The notes: generated by a model from the sequence alone, not told the origin. A stretch of 63,570 nucleotides of DNA, filler included, from Craspedostauros australis (GCA_030167865.1; 19 parts of 19 records of this genome joined end to end with filler, not necessarily neighbours in it), one strand, 5' to 3'; positions 25,576-38,600 are shown, counted from the whole stretch's first letter. A program made the numbers and translations.

Positions 25576-26151
25576 ATGCGCCTGGTGCCTGGAGAGATTG
25601 CATCCGGAACCATCGAGGCGAGAGGCATCGACGAGTTCACCGATGTGATCTCGTTCAATCCACCGCTTTCTTTTTCAGCGAGCGATGGCATGGTCGCCAT
25701 CCGCGTGGATACGCAGACAGAATCATTGAATGATGCCGCGGGGGACTTCGGGCCTACAACACCAGACTGGTTCGAATGTGAGGGATGGCCGTTCATCATG
25801 TTCCCAGGGTTGTCAAGCGAAGAGGTTGAAGAGTATCCTGATGCCCCTTACGAAGGTTTCTGCAACTTCTTCATGGGATCGTTGGAGTTCTGCAACAACG
25901 ACTCTCTGACAGTGTTGGCTGCGGGCGCGCCATCGGACATGACATCTGCTTCACCATCGCTTCTGCCATCACCCGCACCGTCGCCGTCGCCGTCGCCTTC
26001 GCCGTCATCCAGACCATCGTTCATGCCCTCGCCCACACCATTCTCCGCATCATCTTCTCAACCAACCCTGGCCTGGAGCACAAAGGGAGCGAAGGGATCA
26101 AAACCATCGAAAGAAAGCAAAACGAGCAAGTCCGCCAAATCATCCAAGTGA
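25576..26151 (+). CDS. Hypothetical protein, 3' part, with a Pro/Ser linker and a KxxK-repeat tail
   Basis: PSPAPSPSPSPSPSS...KGAKGSKPSKESKTSKSAKSSK-stop. The 5' structure is unresolved. Confidence 0.6.
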   Translation: MRLVPGEIASGTIEARGIDEFTDVISFNPPLSFSASDGMVAIRVDTQTESLNDAAGDFGPTTPDWFECEGWPFIMFPGLSSEEVEEYPDAPYEGFCNFFMGSLEFCNNDSLTVLAAGAPSDMTSASPSLLPSPAPSPSPSPSPSSRPSFMPSPTPFSASSSQPTLAWSTKGAKGSKPSKESKTSKSAKSSK

Positions 26152-26886
26152 TCAAGGAGCACCAATGTAGTGATGATGGAGAGGCGATGATGGGAGAGAG
26201 TGGGAAGGGAGAAGATCGCTTGTGCCTGGTCATCGTTGGGCTGTGCGTCGGTGAAGCGGTGCACGACACTCGACGTGACACTTGTCCCACGACGGAACTG
26301 TTCGCAACCACTTTCCGCGAAAGATCCCTCCGAGTGAAGTGGGTCACGAAATACGAGTCACGGAAAGCGTGATGAAATGCTGCACTTGGCTTCAGTAGAT
26401 GGTGAGATGACTCAGTCGAACACATCCATCTGTTGTCACGATGACGTCAAGTTGCCTTTTCCATCTGCTCCAAGTTGTCATACAACAATTTGAATTCTGA
26501 ATGTCGCATACGACAACAAAACGTCACAACGACCACGCCGTCCAGCATCTCGATCGCCACAAACCGCACCGCACATGACCCTGTTGTTTTTTTTTCTCAC
26601 AAACCGCACCGCCCATGACCGTTTTTTTCACAAACCGCAACAAGGCATCAACACGGTGGTCAACATGCCCATGAACAACAGATCAATGATTTCAAAAGAC
26701 AACGCTGTACAACGCGGCAAGTGCAAGTTCTTTCGTTGTTCTCCTCGTCCTCCATTTGCCTCTTCATAAAAGGAGCAACTTCGCAACACAAATTTTCGAC
26801 ACACACCCCTTCCACATCAACCGACGATTGATCTGAAGGAGCACTCCCCATCAGCACACGCACACATCCGAACGACAACATCAACC

Positions 26887-27528
26887 ATGGCGAGTTCCGC
26901 AGACGACGACGAGAAAAAAGCGATTCGGGCACTTGTCCTCGCCTTGCGAACACTCGAACCCCACGAAGCGACACTCACTCGCACTGACCTTCAGACCTTC
27001 GCTACATTCTCAAGAGATGCACTCCCCATGATCCCATTCTTCGAGGGGCGGCTGCCAATCTTGGGTATATTGGGCGCCTTGAGCGACGCGCTCAAGCATC
27101 AAGACGCGACACCGCAAGAGCATTTCGAGACGCTGCTTGACTGCATCAATCGGCTCCCGGCGCTGGATGGAAATACTCCAACGCGTCCTTGGACTGACTC
27201 TGGTGCCAGAGCCCTTCATGCGGCGGCCGTGGAAGCCATCTACGCCATGGTGTCCCACTGGCGGAAAGAAGGGAAACAAAACAATCGTGGGCAAGCTGAG
27301 CAAATGCTCGTCATAGTAACGAGTCGCACCCCCAAGAAGTACGATGCGAATTGGTTGGCCAACACCATTGCAAGACGTGCCCGTAGAGCGGCGAACCAAG
27401 TTGCCACAGGTGTGAAGTCTGTCGGAGACGCAATTGCTGACAGTACTGGCATGCTAAATTGTTTCATGCCCAGCATTGCTAGCAATGCCAACAACGGCAA
27501 CACCAACAGCGACGACAGCGGCAACTGA
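26887..27528 (+). CDS. Hypothetical 213-aa helical protein
   Basis: ATG in an ACC-ATG-G context after a CA-rich leader; protein-like composition; family not recognised. Confidence 0.5.
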   Translation: MASSADDDEKKAIRALVLALRTLEPHEATLTRTDLQTFATFSRDALPMIPFFEGRLPILGILGALSDALKHQDATPQEHFETLLDCINRLPALDGNTPTRPWTDSGARALHAAAVEAIYAMVSHWRKEGKQNNRGQAEQMLVIVTSRTPKKYDANWLANTIARRARRAANQVATGVKSVGDAIADSTGMLNCFMPSIASNANNGNTNSDDSGN

Positions 27529-28214
27529 TACTGCTGTCCCTGAAGCGACAGCAGTCGCCGCTCTGCCACCTAGTGCAGATCAGGAAGCAGCGCCAACAAC
27601 GGCAGCAGCGCCAACAACGGCAGCAGCGCCAACGACGACGACGACGACAACGACATCTACTGCTGGCCCACAAGCAGCAGCCGCCCCCTCCCGCCCCCTC
27701 CAACTAGTGCAGATCAGGACACAAACAGCACAGCCATGAGGGCAACGGAAAACGTAGTAAATAGTAATATAGTGCAATGATTGAATAAATACTGACTTCT
27801 TACTTTAGTATCTGCTACAACTGTTCTACCATCACTTCGATGGTATTGTGTCCATGAAGATGAAGCGACGCGTTGGTGCAAGAATGATGCTGAGAACCTC
27901 AGCAGCCTGCAACAAATGCTGTTGGATCCAGGATGCATTCCGTTGCGTGACGTGACGCAGGATGGAGGCGAAGGCAGTCCAGATGGGTCCATATGGATGA
28001 ATGTCTGATGTCGTCCCGATCGGCGGTTCGAACTTGGCGTATCCCAGGATCAGCACGACGTCGTGCCGTTGTTGAAGAAGTGTTGGCAGATGGCAGTCTT
28101 GCCGACGCCTGCAANNNNNNNNNNNNNNNNNNNNNNNNNNNNNNNNNNNNNNNNNNNNTTAATTAATTAANNNNNNNNNNNNNNNNNNNNNNNNNNNNNN
28201 NNNNNNNNNNNNNN

Positions 28215-29362
28215 CTTCATCACTCTCTTCGTTGAGTTCATGAACAGCAACTCGGCCAACTCCTTGGATGAACAAGACGCCCTCGCAGCCAAGATTCGCG
28301 AAGTTAACTGCAGACGTTTTCCAAACGAGAACGTTGGTCTCATGGCAGTCCACCTTCGTGCTCTTTGCAAGCGCCTCGACGACGCCGGTCGCTTNNNNNN
28401 NNNNNNNNNNNNNNNNNNNNNNNNNNNNNNNNNNNNNNNNNNNNNNNNNNNNNNNNNNNNNNNNNNNNNNNNNNNNNNNNNNNNNNNNNNNNNNNNNNNC
28501 CTTGAGGAAATCCTCATGCGTCTCCCCGTCTTCACGTACGAGTACGCTCGCCCCCAGCTTGCCGCAAAAGATCTCACATGGATGGCAATCTGCAACAAGG
28601 CCCAGTCATCATACGACAACGAGGTGCGCGGAAATCGCTGGCATGCCATCAGGCGTACCAGAGACAGCAACGTGCCCAGGTACTCGTACGCCAACAACGT
28701 CGCCCAGAATCCAAGCGCCAACGTTCTCGAGCAACACAAGGGTTTCTCCAAGAACGACGGAAGGAGAAACAACTTCAAGAAGCCCAAGGAACGCGACGCC
28801 AAACGCAACGCCGGCCAGGGTTGGTCGTCCAAAGCTCCCAAACCCGGTGAACCACAGCGCAAGCTTGTCAACGACAAGACGTTCATGTGGTGCGCCAAGT
28901 GCCGCCGCTGGCGTCTCTCGCACAACACCGAGAGTCATCAGGACAACTTCAAGTTCAAGGCGAAGGCAAAGGGCAAGCAAGCTCCCAAACAGGACAACCT
29001 CTCCATTGACATGGCTGCGTGGACATGCTTCACAGCCGCCTCCAGTCAAGACGAAGACACCTGGTGGTCTCTCGTCTGGAACCTCTTCACTTCCTTCAAC
29101 TACTTTGGTAGCATCGTTGGAATGGTTCTCCTCTTCGCCTCACTCCAAGTCATTACTATCGGAGTAGAGTACGGGTGGTACATCGCGGCAGCAAATGCCT
29201 GGATGCTAATCGCCATAACTCTACTACTCCTCCACACCAACGTTCCACGAAGACCCGATTCAATCAACTCTGCTGACTTAGTCTACAATAAGGCACGAGT
29301 CAAAGAACGGTACAAGCAAGTGCACAAACGTCCAACACACTTCAATGGAGCCGTGAAACGCA
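28215..29362 (+). mobile_element. Copia (CoDi-like) gag fragment
   Basis: W...PKPGEP...VNDKTFMWCAKCRRWRLSHNTESH is a zinc-knuckle-like motif; the frame is open across the contig. Confidence 0.7.
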
Positions 29363-29462
29363 NNNNNNNNNNNNNNNNNNNNNNNNNNNNNNNNNNNNNN
29401 NNNNNNTTAATTAATTAANNNNNNNNNNNNNNNNNNNNNNNNNNNNNNNNNNNNNNNNNNNN

Positions 29463-30390
29463 CAGGAGGTGGCTGTGGGAATGCAGATGGTTTGGTAGAA
29501 GGCAAGGACGAGTGACAGCTGCCCCAGGTGTGGCAAGATGGAAACTCATGGCCACTTCTGGGTCTGCTGCTCACTGGAATCGATGGCATTTTGGTAAGTG
29601 CAGCGGAAACGGCTGAGGATCACGATATGGAAGATGCCGACTCATCCTGCCATTGCGAAAATACGGTTGAGCAATGTCAAGCAAGTGTTGAGAGGGCTGG
29701 GACCTGTTGGACGCATATGCGCAAACTGGGCTGAGGCAAAGCTGATGGACAATCAACAGGAGGCAGGATGGGATTGGCTGGTCATGGGCGTGATCGTGGG
29801 GTCATGGACCGAGTTACAGGAGCAGTACTATGCGCAAATCGGTCGCAGGCTGTCCACAGCAAGGTGGGCGGCACGGATCGTGCGCAAGCTCTGGAAGGTG
29901 GCATGGGAGCATTGGCACCAACACAATCAGGAAATGCATCGCACTGATGAGGGGCCAGAGGCTCACCTGAGGCAGGTGTTGCGAGACTACAGCTCAACCC
30001 TGCAAGACGCAGCGCAACTACGAGGGGCAAGCATGGCTATGTGGGCCCGACTACAGCTGTCAGGCAAAGGAGCCACAGCTATGGGAACGGTCGCAATATG
30101 GTTTGGACAAGTGCACCGAGTGCTGCAGATACCAGGCAATAAAGTTCCTGTTGAAGTCCGAACTTGGCTCCGCCGATGGCGGTAGCTGGCCATCGTGAAC
30201 GAGGCTGTCCCTGGATTTCCCTGCATGAGTACACAAATACATACACCTTACATATTACCAGAGAGCCACGAATAGTGGAGAGCAGGATAGGTGGAGGCCG
30301 TCGTGATCCCCTGAGCATGCATACATATTGACTTGATAGCCGTTCTGCCTCGTGCCCTACATGAGATAAAAGCGGGTGGCAGAAAAAAGT
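29463..30390 (+). mobile_element. 3' end of a degraded non-LTR retrotransposon (Ambal-like)
   Basis: CPRCGKMETHGHFWVC Zn motif, then QQEAGWDWLVMG...W..LQEQYY...RWAARIVRKLWKVAWEHWHQHN. Two in-frame stops before 29598. The 3' boundary is approximate. Confidence 0.7.
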
Positions 30391-30924
30391 CTACGGCGCA
30401 GGCTGGGCACACACTAATAAGCTTAATCCATGGGTTATATATAATGCAATGAAGCGCAGTGACTTATCCTTTGGTATGTAAAATATATGTTATTGAACAC
30501 TTAGGTTTGTTTGTAAATACAAAGTCCTGCTGAACCTGCTTTGCTTCCATGGACATGGGACGCCATGGCCATCTACTGAGCCGTTGGCATGGTGTGGAAA
30601 GAGACTGGTGGCAGCAGTGGTTTTACTTATTGTTTCTGGTGTTGTGATGTGAGTGCTTGCAGGTTCACTGACACTGAAACAAGAAGTTGAGAGGAGAGCA
30701 GATGATCAACAGCCAGAAGCCAACAATGACTGTTCGCGACGACCAGCAGAGAGGAGGTCCAAGCACACAGGCAGGGAATAGACCTGAAGCAAGGACGAGG
30801 CTGTACAATTGAGTGGGTACATGGAGGGAAGGCAATGTGTGCTTAATGGGACATGGACGAAGCTCAACCTCTTGGGCCATGAACGGTGGCAGAACCGAAA
30901 ACGAGGCAGTGTGACAGTCTTGGT

Positions 30925-31329
30925 GGGGGTCAGGCTTTGGATTACACACCAACCCACAACTCTGGATCTCGACAACTGATCCACAGCCCAGATAAAGCAG
31001 CAACTTCAGCATGCCTACTGCCACTGCCCAATCCTCGACATTGTTTCGCAACAACCCGCCTCACCCACGCGAAATGTGAGTGTGTCGACGAAGGACACGA
31101 CTGGACATTGGTCGAAGCACGACTGAGAATTTCGAATCCAAGTTGCCCCTCTACGTTCGCATGCCTCACGTGTTTAGTCGTAGACTGATGCGAAAAATAT
31201 AAACTTTTTAACTACAAGGCCCAGAAGCTTGTAACTTAACCCATATACTATCTACAACATAATAGGATGGTTTAAGTAAAAATATTAAAAATCCGCATTT
31301 GTATACTATCGTATCCTGAATGGGGTCAT
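30925..31329 (-). mobile_element. Dispersed repeat, probably the terminus of a DNA transposon (copy 2)
   Basis: Diverged inverted copy of 5750-6158. Confidence 0.6.
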
Positions 31330-31424
31330 AAATGTCCAGAAGTAGTGGCCCAGTGACAATTCTCCAAAGCGGAAGATGTGTCGGCCAGCGAACACCGCGG
31401 AAAATGTGAGGTGAACATGTCTGT

Positions 31425-31506
31425 GAGATCTGCTCAGAGGGTTCACTTGGAGATCTGCTCAGAGGGTTCACTTGGAGATCTGCACAGACAGTTCACGTGG
31501 AGATCT
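31425..31506. repeat. 25-bp tandem repeat (GAGATCTGCTCAGAGGGTTCACTTG) x ~3.3
   Basis: Directly visible. Confidence 0.9.
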
Positions 31507-31980
31507 TCACGCGAAACTTTCAGTTCCTGTTGAGGCAATGAAGTCCCACCAACCTCTCCGTTGGCCGCTCAATCCTGGCTGTTCGGCGCCTGCTGGCCGC
31601 AATTGGAGGTGACGAAGTTGGTGATTTCGTCGAAGAGGCACTCGCTTGTGTCAGAGGCAACTGCTTGCCATCGCTCGTTTCTCTTTTGTCCAGAAACAAG
31701 AAGCAGACAGAGAAGTTTGGCGATGCCTCTGCACACCGATACACAGGCAAACAAGGCAACAAACACACAAGGCAACAAACACACAAGCCAGCCACTGTGG
31801 AGCAGAGTTGTCGTATGCACGAGCTTTGATACACACGGATAGCAACAACTGGATCCATCTCTTCCTTGCACCCTGCATCCCCTGAATGCTGCTGTTCTCA
31901 TAATTCGGCACAACAAAGCAACACAGACACAGACACAGACACGCATTCGCACCAATTCGCACCAACACGCACCAACAACC

Positions 31981-32166
31981 ATGCCGATCATCAAGAAAGA
32001 CATCCTCGCTCTCGTCGTGGCTCAGAGCCTCGTCTCCAACGGCGTCGACGCGGTGCTGAACACCAACAAGAAGGCAGTCGCAGATGACAAAATCGACGCC
32101 AATGCCAACGCCGCCAAGGCGAAGCTCCTGGAGTTGACAGCCAACGACAAGAGGAAGGATGCCAAC
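31981..32166 (+). CDS. 5' fragment of an unknown ORF
   Basis: ACC-ATG start after a CA-rich leader; open to the contig end (MPIIKKDILALVVAQ...). Confidence 0.4.
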
Positions 32167-32266
32167 NNNNNNNNNNNNNNNNNNNNNNNNNNNNNNNNNN
32201 NNNNNNNNNNTTAATTAATTAANNNNNNNNNNNNNNNNNNNNNNNNNNNNNNNNNNNNNNNNNNNN

Positions 32267-34373
32267 CATAAGGGAAAACAAACGACGATTTTCCCAAGCA
32301 GACCAGACCCCTTGCATGACGGGCCAGACGAAAAGGATCATGGACCGGATTTGGAACCCGGCACTGGAGACACAACTTGTCAACGCGCAGGGATCCACCC
32401 CAGAAGTGCCGGATCCTATGACTCATGCCCTGCTGCAGTCCTTGCAACCCATTGCACAAGACAAGGAGGAACTTACGACAGAGGAGCACATTCGGGCATG
32501 GAAACGACAGACGGAACTGACGAACTCAGAACCGAGCACGCCGCACTTCGGACACTACAAAGCAGCGATGTCTGTCAAGAGCCTAGCAGACGCCGATATG
32601 ATGTTGAGAGACATTCCGTACCAAACAGGCCACTCGCCGAGACCATGGCAACGGATCACCGACGTCGAGATACTGAAGAAGGCGCAAGTCTTCAACATCG
32701 AGAAGATGAGGACCATACAATTGATGGACGCGCAGTTCAATTTGAACAACAAGAGACTTGGACGACAAATGATGCAAACTGCGGAGAAAGCAGGATGGCT
32801 CTCGGGATTCCAATTCGGTAGCCGCAAATGCAGGTCGGCAATCAGCGCAGCACTGAACAAGCGTATCAGCATCGACCTGGGTTTCCAGCGGAAAGTGGCG
32901 GTCTCATTCTGCTCCAACGACGCAAAATCATGTTACGACAGGATAGTCCCAAACTTCGCGGCGACGGTAATGATGGCGGCCGGAGCGAACAGATCGGCGA
33001 CGAGAAGCATGTTCAAGACGCTCCGAGACGCAAAGCACCACATCAGCACCGCCTACGGAGTGTCGGATAGATCATATGGTCGCGGCGCGGATTGCCAGAT
33101 GCACGGCATTGGCCAAGGGAACGGGGCAGGACCGGCTATTTGGGCGGTCATCAGTTCCGTCATGTTTAATGCCATGGGCCTCCTTGGTCATGACTCGCCG
33201 CTACAGACCCCTGACGAGCAGACGATTTCAATTCTGGGATCAGCCTTCGTGGACGACACGGACCTAGTGAGGCTGGAAACAGGTGGCACAGTGACGGCAG
33301 ACACGGAAGCTTTCAAGGCGATGGTACAAGACTGGAGCAAGCTGCTGCACGTTACCGGCGGTGCTCTCGTGCCGAGTAAGTCCGCCTGGTGGGCGATGCA
33401 ACCGGAATTCATTTCAGGGCAATGGACGTGGCAAGACGCCAACCCGTTGACCATCATCAATATCAACGATGGACAAGGCGCAGCAGCGGAAATACCATAC
33501 AAACCAATGGACCAGCCACTCTTCACGTTGGGGGTGTTCATCGACTTCGACGGGAATCAAGAAGCGCAGGCTGACAGACTCCGCAAGAAAGCAGAAGAAT
33601 TTGGGGGACGCATGCGGACGGCTAAGATTTCTCCAGCCGACGCAAGATCTGCCCTCACGCTGCGGTTCATGAAGACGATCGAATACGCGCTTCCAATGGT
33701 TCAGCTTACTCGGCTACAATGGCGACGGATCATGGCCCCGGCGCTGCTCGCAGCACTCCCGAAAATGGGGGTGTCCAGGAACTTCCCGAGAGACTTGGTA
33801 TATGGTACGACGTCACTGGGCGGGCTGGGAATCATCAACCCAGCCAATATGCAGTTGATCTCGCAGGTCCAGCTGGCATTCGACGAAGTCCATCGTGGCA
33901 CTCAAACCGGGGAAATGATCAAGTGCTCTATTCTGGCCTTGAAAGAGGAGCTGGGAGTGGAGCGATCCCTGTTCCGGTACTCACACAAGGCCATAGGACA
34001 CTGCGCCACGAGTTGCTGGGTCACCGGACTCTGGCAGCAGCTTCACGACACCAGCATAGACATACTCGAAACCACGAAGTCGGCGACTCGCCAGCGGAGA
34101 GGTGACAAGTTCTTGATGGACATCTGGCTAAGCCAAGGTGTGAAAGGAGCTCAGTTATACCATCTGAATATGGTGCGTCAGAAGCTGGGTGTGATACGAA
34201 TGTCGGACATCACGTCGGCTAACGGAACGAGAATACTGGCGGAGGCGCATGACGGAATCGCCGCGTCGACCCTGCCCAATCAATGGGCGAGCCAACCTGA
34301 CCGCCTCCCGAGCGGCTGGTGGAAGGAATGGCAGCGGTGGTGCAAATTCATGTGCTTCCGAGGCTTGACGCTC
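32267..34373 (+). mobile_element. Non-LTR retrotransposon reverse transcriptase (Ambal-like), internal fragment
   Basis: RT motifs KMRTIQLM, QFGSRK, NDAKSCYDRI, GIGQGNGAGP and FVDDTDL, followed by TLGV and GGLG. Confidence 0.9.
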
Positions 34374-34640
34374 NNNNNNNNNNNNNNNNNNNNNNNNNNN
34401 NNNNNNNNNNNNNNNNNTTAATTAATTAANNNNNNNNNNNNNNNNNNNNNNNNNNNNNNNNNNNNNNNNNNNNTTCAAGTTCTTGATTCGGCAGTTCAAG
34501 CGCTCGTGTCGGCAACGAGCGCGGCTCTTGAACTTCGCACCATCTTTTCGCAAAAAATCCTGTTCTTGGGGCCTGCACACCAATCGCCAACCCACACACA
34601 AACAGCCCAAGCGAGTCCCGCGACCTGTGTGCTTCCATCA

Positions 34641-34832
34641 AAAAATGCACTTGGAGTTCAAAAAATGCATTTGAAGTGCATTAAATGCACTTGGAGTTCA
34701 AAAAATGCAGTTGAAGTGCATTAAATGCATTTGGAGTGCATTAAATGCATTTGGAGTGCATTAAATGCATTTGAAGTGCATTAAATGCAATTGAAGTGCA
34801 TTAAATGCATTTGGAGTGCATTAAATGCACTT
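34641..34832. repeat. 20-bp minisatellite (TTAAATGCATTTGGAGTGCA) x ~9.5
   Basis: Directly visible; units abut with no spacers. Confidence 0.95.
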
Positions 34833-35689
34833 TCAGTTGTGCATCAGATTGATTCGTGACTTAAACAACTACAGTCACAACGGCGGTCATTGGACACCAA
34901 TAGACGATATCGTTAAATATAATACTTAACGATACGACATCAATAGGTCATTTTCAGCGAATGCAACGACACAGATTGTGGAGGTAAGACTAATTCGATT
35001 AAACAGCCTCGATTCATCTCTTTGGTCAAATGAGTCAAACGACGCACGTTCCAATGGACTTGCCGGGTGTCCCGGATCGGAGTACCCGAATCGCACGCAC
35101 GTCTGAACAATCCAACTCGCAGCACGACCCCAGGTCGCAGCGGATGCACTCACGATAACACCAGTTGTGGAGTGTTGGCCCCTTGTTGCCACTGGTTTGC
35201 TTGCTTTTGGGAGAAACGGCGATGGTATATTTAGAGCTATTTCGTGTTTACCCTCGCTGATCCGCCTTCTACGTCACAGGGAACGGATTCCATGTCATGC
35301 AAAACAAGTCAAAACAGAGGAAGAGACATCGTGCTACTCTTCCTCCACAAGACAACGCGATGACTGTGCGAAGCAACGAGCACACACGATGCTACAGTGT
35401 CATCTTTGCCATCACAGCAGCAGCGCAAGCAAGGGGCCAAACTGGGCCTTGTGTCCGTGACGCTGGGATTTGTAGGGACAATGTTTGGAAGAAAGGCTGC
35501 CGGCAATGATGCATCCAAGTCAGAGAAGGGTGGGGAAACTATGGACACTCAACCGAACACCACCCCCACTGTGCTCAAAGCAGCAACGTCAACCGCAACC
35601 TCCGTCGACCAACGCAATGCCACGACGGCAGGCAGCAGAGCCACTTCAGCCAAGTCCACACCCTCCACTCAACACAGCACAGCCAGCGC

Positions 35690-38600
35690 ATGCTCAGTGG
35701 CGTCGAGCTGCGTCCGAGTCGAAGAGAACCAAGCCCAAAGCACCCTGCCATTGTAGCACAGTCCAGGAAAGAGGCAGAAGGCTCAGTATCTGTTATCCCT
35801 GCACCTACTTCGGTCAGAAAGATTCGTGGTAAGCAGGCAGTGGCGGCCTTTGGTGCAATTGCAGCCTCTCAGTCGATGCCAACGTTCTGCGACAATTCTC
35901 TTGGCAAGGAACCACCATCCAGCATTGGACAAAGCAAGAATGCGAGTGCCGGCGTCGAAAAGAGCACCATCTCAAGCATTCACAACAATCATGATGGTCA
36001 GGCCACATCCATGGACGTCACGGATCACGTCTCCAACCAGCGACGCGACAACAGCATGATGCAGGTCCGAACCGCGTCGCCAACAGCCTCTGCAACAGGC
36101 ATCGAGATTCTAGCGGGAGCACACGTTGCAAACCGTGTGCTTGCTCCAAACCACCTGCAATTGGCGCAAACAACATGTTCCGCATCCTTGTCTTCTGGGT
36201 CCGAGGCCGACCAGCAGTCGAACGATCAACAGCAGGCCAAGAAATTGGCACGAAATGCCCAACCCTCAGCTGTGACCATGACGCAAGCTACCAACAGCGG
36301 AGAACAGACCGACAGCATTGAAGTGCGGGCCGTTTCGGTCATAGATGAAGGATCGCACAAGTCGGTCCGCTTCAACGAATCAGACTCGTCCAGCACGCAA
36401 CAATTCCACGAACACCATCGACCAAGCGTGATCACAGGAGCCAGCTCGTCACACAGGCCTACATGGTGCAACGACACGCTGTCAAGCGGATCGGTATACA
36501 ACGACAATTCGACGTACTCCAACGGAGAGTCACGCTCCAACCGTTCCAATGGCAGCACCAGCAACGGTCATTTCATTTCTGGGGCCATGGTCGGAGCAGC
36601 CGCAGTTGGCGCTGCAGCGGCCGTGGCAGCAGCAACTGCATCATCTTCCAACACACGAGACATATCATCATCCGTTGGTGGAACAGCAACAGAAACAACG
36701 CAGAACGTCGGTGGCAGCAAGCAGTCGCGTCCGTCGGCAGAGAGCAGCGCAAGTGGAACATCCAGCCTGGCATCCAGGGATGTCTACACGAATCGTTCCG
36801 AAGGTGTCAAAAATGGCGAGGTCCGTGCCATCGACCTCTCTTCTTTGACATCATCCAACTACGAGGCGAAGATTGCAGCAATGATTCACTTGCAGATGCA
36901 GAGAGAAGGCATTGAACCTCTTGCAGAGACCAACAGGCCTCCTCCGGCTCCTCTCGAAGACATCATGGACCTTGCTGCAGCCAAACTGGCTGCTGGTAGT
37001 TCATACAAAACCAGCAACAAGGACGAATCTGTCAGCAAGGACGCGTGTGTTAGGAATTGAGGGTACAACTTTGTCAAGATACCCATGATTGCCGCACCTC
37101 CCAACTTTATCAATCACGACTGAACAAATCAACTCCTGTTGATCACACCTTTGAGTCCTATTCATCACACCTGTGACTCAAGACAAACGTGACTGATCTC
37201 AGTCTTGACAAGAAAACAAGCCTGTCCTCTCTGAATCAAGAAAAGCCATGACATCGAAAAACAGGATGTCCCAACATCAAGCATGACATCGTGACGATCC
37301 AAACAACAACGTCACAGGAGAAACATCAATGACCAGCAGGTCTGTGATCACCCCATCTGGAGAACCGAAACACGTGCCACCTGCGGACTAGAACAATTCA
37401 GAAAGGACATCAAGCTCGACACCAATCATAAGAAAAGGTGTCAAGAGATCAAGGACAAAACCTGTGACAAGATGGATGCATGACTGCAGAAATGTGCCGC
37501 ATGAATGTTGAGCAAAATGAAACTACTGAAATATATGATGAAGTGCATGAAGAGATGCTTGATGAGATGTACATGAAGTACATGCTGCATGACATGATGA
37601 ACACAGCAGTATCTCACAATGTTACTGTGGATTATACATGCTATGGGAATTGGAATTGAAAGAGATGAAGATGTTATGCTCACAGTTCTGAGAATGCAAC
37701 AACAGGAATAGGTAATCAGATATAACTAATAAGGCTGGGTTACCCCGGATTTCCAACATGCGTGTCAACCGGGATCTGAAGAGCAAGAACTGATCGCCGG
37801 TGCAGCCAACCCAGTGATAGTTGGCCACCTTGTGGAAACCATACATTCATCTGATGACATCCCAGTCGTCCAGGGCATGGAAGTTCTCATGCCTGCGCGA
37901 GGAACGAACAGCGGTCAATCCACAGCCTCCGAATTCACCGTCTCCGAGAATGAACGGTCGGTGAGATCTGGTGCAGCTTCCACCAGGAAGTTGTCTTCCA
38001 GCTTTGCGGAAAACGAACGCTCTTCGTCGTTCAATGAGTCCGTCTTGAACAGCCTGTTGGACTCTGACTCGGAAAAGGTTGGGGCGCTGGTTGGGCACCA
38101 AGACCAATCGGGCCTATCCACAACGCAGAGCGATCGCGGCTTTGGGAAAGATGACAACAGCAACAAGGACGACGACGCCAACGCATTGACAACCACTGCA
38201 GCTATTGGCATGGCCGCAGCAGTTGTTACAGCGGCATCTATGGCAGCTGCAGCCAAAACCACGACCACAGCCAAAGCCAAAGTCACAGCTGACGGCAGCC
38301 CTGCAGTCAGCGTGGTGACGAGCGCAAGCGCCAACTCGAATCCTGTCGATAGCAGTTGCACCGACAACGAGTCTGCGGCCTCAACAAACGATGTTGCCGA
38401 CGCCGCTCAAGAAGCATCAGCAACTGTTTCGACTGGACACATCGAGCGTAACTCATCCCACATGTCGGTCAGCTCAGAGAAGTCGTTATCGGACGATGTC
38501 ACCAAGAACGCCGCGACTGGAGTAGTCGCAGGTGCAGCAGTTGTTCTTGGGGTTGGCGCAGCGACCATGACCAAGTTGTTGAAGAATGCAGAAAAGGATT

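Noticed and set aside
34641..34832. CRISPR array (also considered for 31425-31506)
   Set aside because: The units abut with no unique spacers, there are no cas genes, and the context is eukaryotic.
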